DNA of 63,957 bases, filler included, from Perkinsus chesapeaki ATCC PRA-425 (taxonomy: Eukaryota; Protista; Perkinsozoa), in the NCBI GenBank assembly GCA_013115145.1. It is 9 parts of 9 records of this genome, joined end to end, with 100 filler letters (N's around TTAATTAATTAA, not from the genome) between each part and the next. Parts side by side here need not be neighbours in the genome. Positions count along the whole stretch, not along the records: positions 39,795 to 47,814 come from JAAPAO010000998.1; positions 47,915 to 49,018 come from JAAPAO010002200.1; positions 49,119 to 60,051 come from JAAPAO010000868.1; 6 more parts are not named here. One strand, written 5' to 3'. The notes under the pieces are model-generated. The model saw only the letters and a list, made by a program, of their open reading frames with translations. It was not told where the DNA came from and made no database searches. How positions within the stretch are numbered: the first letter of the stretch is position 1; each line of letters opens with the position of its first letter. The position numbers were made by a program, and so were the translations under genes. Positions 44,500 through 57,879 of the stretch are shown here, piece after piece.

Positions 44500-47281
44500 C
44501 ACTTGTGCAATTGTCGTTATGGTTGTCATTTAGTCGTAAAGGTATTTATGAGTATTCCCGTATTGGGAAAGGCTGCCGCTTCTGCTGCTTTTGCTGTTGC
44601 CGCTGTAATTATTAGTAATATTGCTACAGGTTTAGCTATTTATCCATTATTAATAATAACACCAACAACAGCCAGTGAGCCAGCCAGTCAGCATCATCAT
44701 CATCATTTTACCTTATTTTTTGTCGAATATTCAACTTCTTCCGTTATTATTATCATTTTGTGTTTTAATAAAGTGTATTCCTTCTCAAATCAATATTAAG
44801 ACGAGTGAAGGGGCCAGAAGAAGAGACGAGTTGAAAAGATATCAATGAAGTGATCTTAACGGTAAAACAACGGTACAAGACGGCAGCAGCAGCAGCCACA
44901 ACAGCAAGAAGTATAGAAAGCTGATTACATTGAGCATGATTACCAACCTACTAGCGACTAGTTGTTACCGAATTATCGGTAATAGTATTGATATAGTATG
45001 AACAATCAAGCTACCAGTAATAACACAACAATAACGTAGTAATTATGATGACAATATCATAATCCTAATCAACATGAACTACTTGTATATACATGGTCAA
45101 TTGGTGGTAATAATATTGATGGTATAACAACCCGTTTCAATCTCTTTAGATGTATATCGTATCTTACCTATAAAATACCCTTTTATAAATAATTATCATT
45201 CATTTCAAAATAATGGTTACTACCAATGGTTTATCCCCACTTCTCAAAACAGAATCTTTATCTAATATAAGTTTAATTGCTTTTTCTATATATATCAAAC
45301 AAATGGTATCCTACAAGTAGATATAATATATTATCATAACTATATAACTTACCGAAGTACTTCTGTTGTCAGAAGATGCTGATGCTGTTTCATTTATATT
45401 ATCCTCTTTAGGGTAGCCACTGTTGTCTTCTGTAGTGGTAGTACAGGCACCTAAATGTCAATTAAGGTTGTTGTTTAATTGAATATCCTTTTTAATACCT
45501 TCTAATAACAATTCAATAGTATGATTAAAAGAATAGGATTCCAATGCTTTAACAAAATTATATAATGGTGGTATAACAGGTTCATGTTGTTGTTGAATAA
45601 TATATTGTGATGGTGGTAATGGTAAAAGATAACCTATACCATAAATAATATCATACCTAAATACACTATAAATACATTGAACTAATAATATTATCATCAT
45701 ATTACAATGATAATATTGTTATTGCTTTCTTATGATGATCTTCTTCTGATTTATCTTCTCCATCATCATCATCATCATCGTGTATAGTTATAATATCGCC
45801 AAATTGATTTATTAATGCTCTCAGACTATCCTCAATGGATGGTTTAAGTGTTAGATAGAATAATGCATACGATAGTAACGGTGTAGAATCCTCTTCATGA
45901 CAATATCGTCGTTTTGTCGAATCATTGTGATCCTATAAAAGATAACAACAAAACATAATAATTCTTATTATCTTATTATTATTACTTGTATTCTTTTATA
46001 TGTTGTCGTTGGTATACTTTTTATACTAGCCGGTATGACATTATATTTTACTAGTGTATTATTATTAATCTCTTCTAATTGTTTAGAAATATTATTATTC
46101 CTCTTTGCCCTCATTAATAAGAACATGCTTATATTATCTTTATTATTATTATCATCTTTTTCTTTCGTATACCTCATCAATATTATTATTATACTTATAT
46201 AACATGATCATTATTATTATTACTTTTCTAATATCATCCATTCCTTTATTATATCATCCCTTATATTATCTCTATTCTTATCTATTACATTTCTTAATGA
46301 ACTTGTTAAATATTTACACCTAATTAATCATCATCATCATAACATCAATATAATAATATAAAGTAGTAGTAGTAGCAGTAGTACCAAAGTTTAATTGCCC
46401 AGTGAGGTAATGGGTTATTACTATTATTCCAATAATTTAATAAAATATTGTCCAATGAAGGCGGCGGCAAATGGCAGCAGCAGTGGTCATTGTTAATGTC
46501 ACCATTCTTTTCTTTATTTATGTAATATTGGCCATTCATTGACGGCCATGATGATTTACATATATGTATTAATAATGTTATTATAACAATACAAGGGTCT
46601 AATAATACTGTAACATCATCATCATCTTTATTAATATTAGACTTCCTCTTATTATTATTTATAGATAATATATTGATAAATAATATATTAATATTATTAA
46701 GGGGTATATTACACCATATATCTGGTACAGTCTGATATAATAAAAAATTACTATTACTTGTCGATAATAATGATAATGAATATCTAAATATATCAATATT
46801 TACACAATCTTTATAATGTTATAACATTTATTACTACTTTTGATCATATATTTTATTTATCCATATATTTGATAAATCTTTACCATTTATCCATCCAATA
46901 TAATCATCATCATCATTATTATTAAAGGTTGATAGACAGAAAGACGTATTAAACTAAAACGTAATTAACAAAAAGTTATGTATAATATCAATGTATAATA
47001 TTACCAGTTGAGTAACAATATATTCTAAATCATCATCATCATCATTACCATGTTTATTATTATTATTTGAATTATGATTAGATAATCCTTTATTATTATT
47101 ATCATCTAATATTTTTATATCATCATCTATTTTATTCATACTTCTCGATATAACAATATTATGAAGTGCATTGTTAAGTATATCAATTAAATTATTGGTA
47201 ACATTATTTATATAATCTTCTTTATTATCCTGACATTTTAACACTCACTGCTGTGTATAACAACTATTACACCATCACCAC

Positions 47282-47333
<52 letters not shown>

Positions 47334-47680
47334 CATCCATTTAGTTATACACTGTAATCTTTGCCCTAAACACTCCCTTTGTAAATGTATCATTTTTTTA
47401 ATAATAACAACATTATTATTATGTTCATCCTGGTTTTTTATTAAAATTTTATTGTTAGATACAATTGCTTCCAACAATTGTGACATCCTTTCATCAAATA
47501 TATTTAATACAATCTAATAATAACATGTAAAATAATATTGTATTAATAAATAATAATAATTACCTTATTAATCATTATATTCATATCATCACCTTTATTT
47601 AATTTATTCTTTTTCTCTTCGAATAAGCCTTCCAATGCATCATCACCTATTGAGGAGGTCATAACATTATCATAATGAAT
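44500..47680 (-). CDS. Hypothetical Asn/Asp-rich multi-exon gene
   Basis: Minus-strand coding-like patches (MTSIHYDNV..., MSQLLEAIV..., YQTVPDIWCNIP, EEDSTPLLSYALFYL, FRYDIIYGIGYLLP) separated by AAT-rich introns; no family recognised. Confidence 0.4.
47281..47334 (+). repeat. (CTA)n microsatellite
   Basis: About 17 units. Confidence 0.95.
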
Positions 47681-47814
47681 TGATGTCATTGCATTAATTA
47701 TTATATAAATATAGAATCAGTACGCATTATCAGTATCATCAAGCTTGTTTGCGCCCCCTTTGCGCACTTACGACTCACTCTCACTCAAATGCCAAAATCC
47801 GCGTCCTCCGGCAA

Positions 47815-47914
47815 NNNNNNNNNNNNNNNNNNNNNNNNNNNNNNNNNNNNNNNNNNNNTTAATTAATTAANNNNNNNNNNNNNNNNNNNNNNNNNNNNNN
47901 NNNNNNNNNNNNNN
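47815..47914. other. Artificial contig linker
   Basis: Same 100-nt N/TTAATTAATTAA/N block. Confidence 0.98.
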
Positions 47915-49018
47915 AGCAATGGGCCCAGCTAAACCATCATCTGGTGTCGTTGTACTCGTTGGAGTCGTCTCAACTGCAGGGGTTGTGTTTTGAGTTACGG
48001 GGAACTCAACGTCAAAGGCCGAGTCAGGGTCGGTCGGGATGTCTGGGCCGGCCAAAGGGTCGATCAGGGCGTAGTCGTAGACTACACCATACCTACCATC
48101 TGCTTGTGGTGGAGCGGGAGGTTTAGGACCAACCGGGGCGTTAACATCCACGTCGGGCAACGGAGAACCTGGGCGTAGAACGGGGTCTCGTCGTAGAATA
48201 CCAAGGGCTTCGGGAACAACATCGGGCTGGACCGGGTCGATAGCGATGTGGTCAGCGGAGAGTACACGTGTTTGCAGGGTGTCCTTGTGCTTAACCTTAA
48301 GGACCTTATTTTCTTGACCGGGCATTTGACCAATAACGAACCAGTCAGGGCTCCACTTGGGCTCGAGCTTGTTTCCGGCTTGAGGGCCTAAACGTCTGAC
48401 AAGAACTCTTTGTCCTACGTAAAATTGGCGAGCTGAGGCCTTCTTGTCGTAGTAAGCGCGAGCGGCGGCGGAAGCTGAGGCGTGGGCTTGGTCAACCATG
48501 TCGTCCAAATGCACCGAAAGGGCTTGTACATACTCATTGTAACCGAAGGGGTCGAAGGAGAATCTATCAAGGGCCTGAACAGAGGGTAAAAAGACTGACT
48601 TCGGTTCCCTACAGAACATCAGCGTGAACGGGGCAAACCGTGTCGCTGAATGCACCGCACTGTTATAATGCCATAACAATGAGGGAAGGAACGAGGGCCA
48701 TTGATAGGAGTTAGTCACATGGGTTCGGAGGAGTCCGAGTAGAGACCGGTTAAAGCGTTCAACTAGACCGTCACCCATAGGGTGATAGGGGGTAGTGTGG
48801 CTTTTCTCGACTCCGAGCCGTTTAAGGACCACTTTGAGGATGTTAGACTCGAAGGCAGGGCCTTGGTCGCTGTGCACGCGGCCAGGTGGGCCGAATACAC
48901 TGAACAGGTCCAGGAGAACTCTAACAACCTCCGCAGAAGACTCGGACTTCACTGGGATGGCCGTGGCCCACCGGGTGAAGTAGTCTTGGACAACTAGCAA
49001 GGACCGAATGTCCTCATC
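47915..49018 (-). mobile_element. Ty3/Gypsy integrase fragment with intact DDE core and GPY/F tail
   Basis: VQDYFTRW, HSDQGPAF, GLVERFNR, VGQRVLVR...KLEPKW; fills the whole contig. Confidence 0.95.
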
Positions 49019-49118
49019 NNNNNNNNNNNNNNNNNNNNNNNNNNNNNNNNNNNNNNNNNNNNTTAATTAATTAANNNNNNNNNNNNNNNNNNNNNNNNNN
49101 NNNNNNNNNNNNNNNNNN
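49019..49118. other. Artificial contig linker
   Basis: Same 100-nt N/TTAATTAATTAA/N block. Confidence 0.98.
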
Positions 49119-49299
49119 TTTTTTGTTTGTCCATCAACCACTAACTAACTATTACATTATGTCCCCGAAGGGTGGTGTTGAAGAGTATAGTGATGTAATC
49201 AGTGATGGTGACACTACTGATCAACAGAGATCTGATGGATCTGATAGGCGCAAGGAAACTTGTCAAGTTGGCTACGGCTATTAGTTGATTATTAAATGT

Positions 49300-50480
49300 C
49301 ATCATCTTCCTCTAATTATATTAGCAATAGAGATGGTGATCAAGGTAATCACAACTGTTATCATGGAAATATAAAGCACTGAAAAAAATTGTCAATACCA
49401 CTGAAGAGCTCGAAAAGATACGAAATAGGTTGGCTTAGGATATCCTACATTAGGGTTAACTTCCCGTCACTACTAAATTGAATGAAGTCAGTATAGCTTA
49501 TACCTCGGATAGGGACTTCATAAATAGCCGCAGTACATATGATTTTTACCAAGGAGGAAGGAGGCGAGTTAACAAGACTTGCTGCCATTTAATAATAGCA
49601 TCCTGGCAATGGTTGTTGAATTTTAATGTATCTCCCTCAAAGATATGTTACCTTGGTCGTCTTGCTGCTGTATATTTTTTCTAACTCTTTCTGCTTTGTA
49701 ACTGTATATTACTACTTCACTGTTGGGGTGCCCAACAGTAATATATATTGGCAGACCAACTTGGGATGTCTTATAAGATCCTGCTTTAAAACTAATAACA
49801 CTGATGCGAGAAACGAATACTTCCAATTTTCCCCGGAATTTCCTTAATTTTTCCCGCTCCACACTAACATACGAAATCAAGCTAGTTTTCCAGTACCACT
49901 GTCCCCTTCAGATGAAGGTATGGTAAGCGCGTCATCGTCGTCCTCCTCGGATGAAGATATAGAAACGGTCCAAGTGGTTCGAGGCTCCAGCAGCTCATCA
50001 AGCACGCGTGTACGTGAAGTCGAGCAGAAAACTAAGAAGAGGGCACGGAGTGAGTGTGATAGACTGGGTGGTGATGAGCTCGACAAAAATCAATTTAGCT
50101 AGTCTTGAATTTTACTCGTTTTAATGTTCGAATGCTTCCCAAAGTCGACCTTAGTCGTGGTATTCTTTGGAGGCAAGTCAAAGAAAGGGGGCGCCACTGT
50201 TTGACAGTTAAAGGCATTTCTAAAAATGGAGCAAGTATTTTGGATTGGCAGTAGATATTAGCTAATGCTAATCCAGAGGATATTTACGAGCTTTATCTGA
50301 TACTTGAACCTCGTAGATATCCTCTCCTTCAGCTTAAGTTTTCTATTGTATTTCCTTCCGGTATTGAATCTAATTATATATTAGGATAGGGGTTAGTTTC
50401 AGACCTCTCATCAGCTCATCATCATCCTCCTGCAGCTCCCGTGGTGGTGGATGAATCGGCGACATTAGAGCATCATCATC
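49300..50480 (-). CDS. Hypothetical multi-exon gene, divergent from the cullin
   Basis: Spliced-looking patches (FNTGRKYNRKLKLKER, PFLEMPLTVKQWRP, KFNNHCQDAIIKWQQ, acidic SSSEEDDDD); no family recognised. Confidence 0.3.
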
Positions 50481-50659
50481 CGAGCGCACGGCGAAGAATA
50501 ACAACTAGTGGGGAAAGTGTAAAGATGCCTGATAGGCTGCCTCCTACAAGGAGATATACAAAGTGAGGATGGGGGGGGGGGCGGATTTGATTATTTCTGG
50601 GTTGTAGATTGAATAAATTGATCGCCTATAAGCCTGGACAGACTGCAGTGTACCATCCG

Positions 50660-53600
50660 ATGCTGGAGAGGAAGCTGGTGCTTAAGCCTTTGCAAGGTGA
50701 GAATAGCTTAGCAGGATACAGGTCCTGTCTTGCCGTCGAAAGGTTGTGGGTTCCAAACCCGGATAAGGTCGTTTTGTTAGTCCATCCCCCGGACCTTCCC
50801 GCGGACTTTGTAACCTCGGCATGGGAGGACGGTTTGCGAGACGCTGTACGAGCTAGTTACGGCTGTGATGGTAGTATTGATAGCAGCCGAATGAATCTAG
50901 AGGAGACATACCGCACCGTAATATAGGGAGGAATATACGACTACTACTATACAAAATTCACATACGCAAGCTCGACGTCCAATAGTATCAGTTCGGTGAT
51001 TGATTCGGTGCAGTTAAGATTTTGGATGTCAACGTTTCGACCAGCTGGAAGAAATCCATAATTTAGTGGCGCGTGACTTCGCTATTACCTGAGGGTTTGG
51101 GGATCCGGTATAAAGAGTTTGAATGACTCTCCCTCAATCCCGAGAGCCGATGAATTGAGGAAGACTGTGGCTCAGTGAATTCAATGCTTCGGGGTTGATG
51201 CCGTCACTGGGAATCGAACCTGGGACTCCGGAGTGGCAGAAATCGTCGTCCTAATTATGGTTGAAAGACATGCGTGTGTTGATGAGGAAGTGTCTCGAAA
51301 ATCATACAATCATCGAATTCATTTGAATCAATAATCACTCAACATCTGCCATAATGAAGAAGTGCATGTTTCCGCACTGAGCCGATATTCCCACGGTGGT
51401 TTTATTATGGGGAGTGATGGCAGGTATCTTTGGCAGGTTGAGACTATATGTCGGAATCATCGCCAACTGGAGCTGTTTGATCTGCTTAAAGAGGAAGTTG
51501 CGAATCATATTTTTTCAATTGTTAAGTAGGCGGCAACTTATCGAAGGTATCTTAGGTGTTGTTAAGGTCAGTGGCATGTCGAGAGGTTGAGGTTAGTAAT
51601 GTCGAGGAAGCCACTGCGTATCTTAGATTGGTGCAAGATGCATGGAAGCGACATTTGAGGGACTTGGTGAGACTTTGTGGAAATCTAGCAACATGAAAAA
51701 ATTGAAGGCATTCTTCGAAGATTCCGGGCTCCTGTCGCGACTGATATAATTTCTATGGCTCCTCGATGCGTTAATGCCAATGCCAGCTTGCTGATATCCG
51801 AACTACACTGAACAAGGTTGTAGTGGTTCATATTTTAGGGATTGGTAAGAAATATCTTCCTTGCTCTGGACAACTTCTTGACGGCTGCGGGTGGCTCGTT
51901 CCACACGGATGAGAAAGATTCTTCTCGCACGCGGAAGAATTTGCCGATTGGGTTGAGGGAGATGGGCTTGGGAATGCTCAAGAGGGATATGGTGAGCTTG
52001 CGCATGCGTGCATCGCGCACTGCGAAGAGTATCTTTCAGTGCGATTCGAGCTATAATAAAGATTCTGTTATTGCGCGTGCGTGCAGCTGTCTCCTCACTT
52101 GTATAGAGCAGGACAGGTCTGAGGGTTTGTCCGAGGAGTCTCGATGGACGCTTTATGGAGATGTTGTTGTGATGATAAGGTAAAAAGAAAGATACAAAAT
52201 AGGTTAACTTGGAGACCCCTTGCAGATCGTTGGATATGTATAAAGAAATGTTTGAAGGGCCTTTCGAGAAGGCCACTAACGATTATTATGAAGAGGAGGT
52301 AAGTATTTCATTCAAGATGTTTCCAAATTCTTCTGCATTATTTTTATAAGACGACGATGATAACCGCATTCGCCTCGGTGTGCATGGGACCGTTATTATT
52401 CTTTTTGTCGCTTGTTATTAAATTCGGCGATGGCTCTGGAAATGAGGGGAATTGATGTGAAGCCCATACGGTTGAAAGTGGTGCTTCGCTCCGCTAAGAT
52501 AATGTTGCATTTTTCAGTCCTCCTCTAAGATCGATATCCTCTCCACTGAAGAGTAAGTCATATTTACTTATCGAATAAAAATATCCTCGGGCGGAATTTA
52601 ACCGGGGACCTTTCGGTGTTAGGTACCTCAACTACGTGGAGGATGTGTGGAAGAAGGAAAGATCCTTAAATGATGCATGCAAGCTTCATCCTCACACTTG
52701 GCAAGACACCGATAAGATTCTTCGAGACCAACTGGTAGCTTCGTATTCGCTTCGCTCCGCTCAGTTTTTTGTCAGCTCGTCATGCATAGCGCATCGTTGA
52801 CCAGCAAGGATCGTTTGTTGGAGTTGATGGATGCTAAGCCTGAGCCGAAGATCGATGCCACGAAGACTTTGCTTAGATTCTGTGAGGTGAGACTGCTGCC
52901 TTATTCCTGTTTTCCTATCAAGTACTACTACCATTCCTATTTTTGACACATGGGAATTAGTAAGATTAAGATGAATTAATGTGTTAATAGATTTACTTAA
53001 ACTTCAGTAGGTGTAAATATTGTACCTCATATAGAGTATTTACTCCTACACAGGCCCTCTACCATTGTATTCATAGTCTGTACTCCTTTATCGAGAGGCA
53101 TGGTGCTGCCAGTGTAGGGCTAACCAGCAGCTTTAAGGAAGCACTTGCGCCGAGACCTTATATATATTAACAAGCTGCTATTATAGACTATTATTTATAG
53201 TAGTACTTGAATAACTTCCATCAGCATTATATGTCATATATCGTTAAATGCGATTACTAAGACAGGTTACAATGAGTCAGAGAATAAGAATGATGATACT
53301 ATGGAATATTATTTCCCCGCGGAGGGAGGGACTTAGAGAGCAATTTCCGGTCGGTTTTCGCTCAGAAAATATTAGCCTTACCGAATCGAAGGTCTTCTGA
53401 CCGGCTGTCTGTGTTTTATCAGACAGTTCACGTAACGTCGGAGTTGAAGTCGGCATGGTCTTATGCAATACGCAGAATAGGAGAAGATCTTATGAAGAAG
53501 TAAGTGAGATTCAGTAGATCTCGCCTCTCGAGCCCCGGCATATCTTGCACGCTTAACCTCAAGATACTTGGCATATAATACCTTGGCTGAAGGTGTTGGT

Positions 53601-56600
53601 TTGATAAAGGACTTGTTGTCTTTGAAGGAGACCCTCGATTCCATGTTATCGGATACCTTTGAAGATTCAGAGCTCACCGTGGCGTTCCGAATGTCTGCTA
53701 AGGAAGCCTTCGAGGTGAGAAGAAGAAGAAGGCTGTCTCCTTCCATTGTGTGCTTGTCCATACGGTCCCTGCCCCCCGCTTCTATATAACATCCATTCCT
53801 CATCACACAACCGATCTGCGCATTAACTAACTGCATTCTTCAGCTCGGCCTCGCTCTTCAGCTCTGCAGCTGGAGTCACGGTTTCTAATTAAATTCCGCG
53901 AGCTGTAGATTCTGAGGGCGTTGTTGCTCATCAAATAACCTCTAACGGCTCACTTAGGGAATATCGCGTTTTTTGGAACGTCCAAAAGGAACGGAAAAAG
54001 GAATTATTTTCGTGGCGCGCGAGAATATAGAGTTATATGTAAATATGTCAGGCATTCATGAATGGATGCGAGCAAGTGAATAAGCCGGCACATTTGTTGG
54101 CAAAGTAAGGGGCGGGGAATCTTCGAGGTCGACCAAGTAAGATACAAAATAGCTCAAGCTGCATGGCAGGTATTGTGATGATTCTATTGGGTCATATGTT
54201 CGTAATATGAAGAATGCCTTGACAGCTGAGGAGGTTGAAGCCAGAATGGACTCGGTTATGACACTCTTCCGGTAAGACAGGTCATGTGCGCGTCACTTTA
54301 TCAATCTCGGAGGTCAGTTCCAGGGATGTTTCCAAATGTTCGTCTCTATTTATAGGGACTAACCCTCTCAGCAAAATTTTTCCGAATTTCCGCTTAGTTT
54401 CCCCATTTTCCGGCTATTAGCAGCTCGGGTATATTCCGATAGTATTTGGCGTAAAAAATCTTCTCAACAGCTCGGTTATACTCATATTTGTCGAAGTTGA
54501 TAATATGTATCATTCCCGTCTCCATCATCGCTCTGTCCGCAATATTGTTTATACAGCCGTGGTTATGTCAATAACAATAAAAGCTGTTAAAATAATGCTA
54601 AGCAGCTGATAGGTATAATGATAATACATGTCGTAGGGTAGCCCTGCTCGGGAAAGGTTATCTGTCAGTTTCATATCGGCGAAAGATATTTTCGAGGCTC
54701 ATTATAAAAACGATCTTGGCAGAAGGCTCTTGAATGCCCACACAACCCGAGGGACCGATGAGCCTCTTACTGGTAGGTCATGGATACCGCTGATGCTGTA
54801 TGAAACTGGTGTGCAGATCATTCTTCGTATAGAGGTAATGAAATGGAGAAGTTAATGCTGACAAAATTGAGGAAAGAGTGCGGAGGTGAGCGGAGCGATG
54901 CAAGGAAGATTCAAAAAGTTCGTTGTATACTGCAGCGGTCTAGCAGCGAGAATGATGTATCGAAAAAAGAACTGTACGAATAAGGTCGAGACTCTCTTCC
55001 TCGTGTGTCATTCCGTAGTAAACAGTTACCGTAACTGAGTTACCTAACCGCGATCGACTTCGCAATTACCGCCCCGTTCGTATAGGGCAAGTAGCATTGT
55101 TCATTCTGTAACAGCTGGCACGGGTAGACTTCGTTTTGGTATTTTTTGTTTAGGTGGTTTCACGTCTAAATTGGAGGGTATGTATAAGGACATGGACTTG
55201 AGCTGTGGACTGAACAAGGAGTTCGCTGAAAAACGTAAACAACAACAGGAGGGGAATCGAGAAGAGCCTCAGTTTGAAGTAAACGCTCATACCGACTTTT
55301 TCTCATTTTTATTTCTTCAGGCCATGGTATTGACGTCTGGAATATGGCCCAGCTATCCTCAATGGCCGAAGAATGTAAGCATTGTTATTGCGTTCATATT
55401 TTCCTGTTAGTGGTGTATATTTTTTATGAGTTTGGTTATTGCCTGCTAAGCGCTTGATTGCCTATAAGCTTCTTCAAAGTGTCGTTCTAAATGCTCAGTG
55501 GCTCTCCGATGTTGTTAAAGAAGGGGATATTGCATTCCGCGTTTTATTTTCTTTGTCAGGTCCCCACTCTCCCGTCGAGTATATCATCCTTACAGCAAAG
55601 GTTCTCCCAATTCTACGTCAGCAAGCATTCCGGACGTACACTCACTTGGATGCCATCGTTGGTCAGTATTAGCTATTCGAGATTTTCATTCTCGTCGATG
55701 TATCCATTATGCTCCTTATTGACACGACCGTTCCCGAAAGGGCGCTCAAGCTCATCCGCACGACTGAAACATGCGGAAAAAATGATTACACTGAGTTTAA
55801 TCGGAGGAGGGAATATTTCATACTACACAAGTGGCATTGGCAAACGTCTTCCCTCACGAAGAGTCGAACAAAGTCGTCGGAATGTTTCCGTATTCGTTTG
55901 GCGCACACAAAAGTCGGACTTCGAACTTTGCGAAAATTTCCGAATTTCGGGGTGCATGTCGGTGAATTCCGACCTCCCTGGTCACAGGGAGTGTAGGCAG
56001 CAATTTACGATGTTTTTTCGTCATCTAATGGAGCTGCTATTCTCGTCATCTTTTTATGATAACTATTCAGCCGTATGTTGTAGCTTGTGTGTTTTAGGGT
56101 GGAGCGGTAGTCCGATACACGACAGGGACACGGTCAAGTGTTAAAGATCTCGTCCTCTCAGCAGGGCAAGCGATAGTACTGACTGAAGTGTTCAATACCG
56201 ACACCAGTGCTACAGCCATGAAGATAAGCGAGGGTGTGTCTAAGGTCGCCGGTTCGATCCCCGGTGATGACAATTAATAGTTACTGGCTTGCCAATGGAG
56301 GAGATGCGCCGAATAATGTTCCCGATCGTCTATAAAGTTAGGGTAAGGCAACTTCGTGAGTTTTTTACCCCTGAAAATATTAGGCTGCGTTGACTCGGTT
56401 ATTTTCAGATACTAAAACGGTCCAGCGGTGGTCCAGAAGACAAGCAAGTTGATCCGACAGAGACGTACTCGTTGAGTTCGGACTTCCAAGATAAGAGGAG
56501 ACGCATAGTCGTTCCTCAAGTAAGCCGATCGCCCAGGTTCCATTCCTGGTGATGGTATTTTATTTCATTATTTTCACAGATGGCTGTGCGAGATGAAAAA

Positions 56601-56935
56601 GCGGAAGTACGGGTGACGGAGAGTCGAGTGAACGAAGATCGGCAGTATGCTGTGACACGTTAAGCGTTTCTTCGCAGTGTGCCTTCCAGGTTCCTCCTCG
56701 ACGCAGCTCTGGTGCGAATAATGAAGTCCAAGAAGACTCTATCCCATAACTCGCTGGTAGCCGAAGCTTTAAAGGAGTGCAGCGCTACATTTACGGCAGA
56801 GATTGGAGAGGTTAAAAAAAGGTACGTCCCGGGGATCGAACCTGTGCATCATTTTTCAGGATCGAATCGCTGATCGAGCGAGAATATTTAGAAAGAGATG
56901 TGTCCAATCCAAGCACGTATCACTACCTTGCGTGA
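50660..56935 (+). CDS. CUL4: Cullin (CUL4-like), many exons
   Basis: RKLVLKP..PDLPADFVTSAWE..LRDAV..NLEETYRTV; FLALD..LREMGL; DIFEAHYKNDLGRRLL; KLEGMYKDMDLS; VLTSGIWP; FY.SKHSGRTLTW; EDRQYA.LDAALVRIMKSKK; KKRIESLIEREYLERD...YHYLA*. Confidence 0.92.
51199..51265 (-). pseudogene. tRNA-Gly(GCC)-like remnant or SINE head in a cullin intron
   Basis: Minus strand TTCTGCCACTCCGGAGTCCCAGGTTCGATTCCCAGTGACGGCA has an anticodon loop CTGCCAC and a T-arm/B-box; the D-arm and acceptor 5' strand do not pair. Confidence 0.5.
56228..56270 (+). other. tRNA T-arm/B-box-like fragment (GGTCGCCGGTTCGATCCCCGG) in a cullin intron
   Basis: CCGG-TTCGATC-CCCGG T-arm; no full cloverleaf. Confidence 0.4.
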
Positions 56936-57879
56936 TTTCAAGCGTTTTACCAACTTAGAGTTGTGTTGTCAAGACAGTGGGAGGAGACTATCAGAAACCA
57001 ACGGAAGAGCGCGACAATGAAACAAGCATCTGAGATACTTTATATACGTTGAAGATCTCCTGATGAATAACTGAAAGAGAAAGCGCCAAGTTTAGACGAA
57101 GTACTTTGCCCAACAGGCATGGTAGAGCATTATCAATGGATACTGCTGATACACTGGATATAGCTGGATACTGTAGTTAGGTTGTTACCAGTGTATGGTA
57201 GTTCAATAAACAGAAGATATGCAACTGTCGATTCCGATACCAGAAATACCTTCAGTCTCTGCGACTTCTAGTGAGGATGGCGCACAAATGATTAACTTAT
57301 ATAATCATCACTACCATAGGCCCCGATGTGTCGCCACGAACGAGAATGATGGATTCGGAGGAGCTGCGTTTGAAGCTGTTAAGAGGGATGAGGTGCTTCG
57401 AGAGGCATGCTTGTTGACGATAAGTCGTCTCTTTAGAACGTTTGCACGTCACATCCCTGAGGAAGTGCTGGTAAAGCTGTCCCAGAGCAACGCGATGCAA
57501 CGCCTTGAAAGCGACGGTGTCACTGGGAAAGTGCATAAGCTACGAGTTGAGGGGCCATCATCCTGGTTTGAAGCTGGAAAACATTTGAACGGCGAATTGT
57601 TACATTCTGTAGGTTCCTTGTAACACTACGAGATGTTTCCACTTCATCGGCGTTGCTTCCATCTAAGCTTATAACAGGAATAGGCATGAGGCCTCCTGGA
57701 AGGTGCACCATTACGTTAAGGCCAGCAGCTGATGTTGGGTGAGGAAACTTTAGGTCTACCTCTGAAATACGTTTTAGATACCTTATTGATCTCATGGCCG
57801 TTCGTGACGTGCTTGGCGAAGGTCTTTATTATTTGGTTATTTCCCGCATTGTTCTATCCAAAGCGGCGTCTCTACCAGT

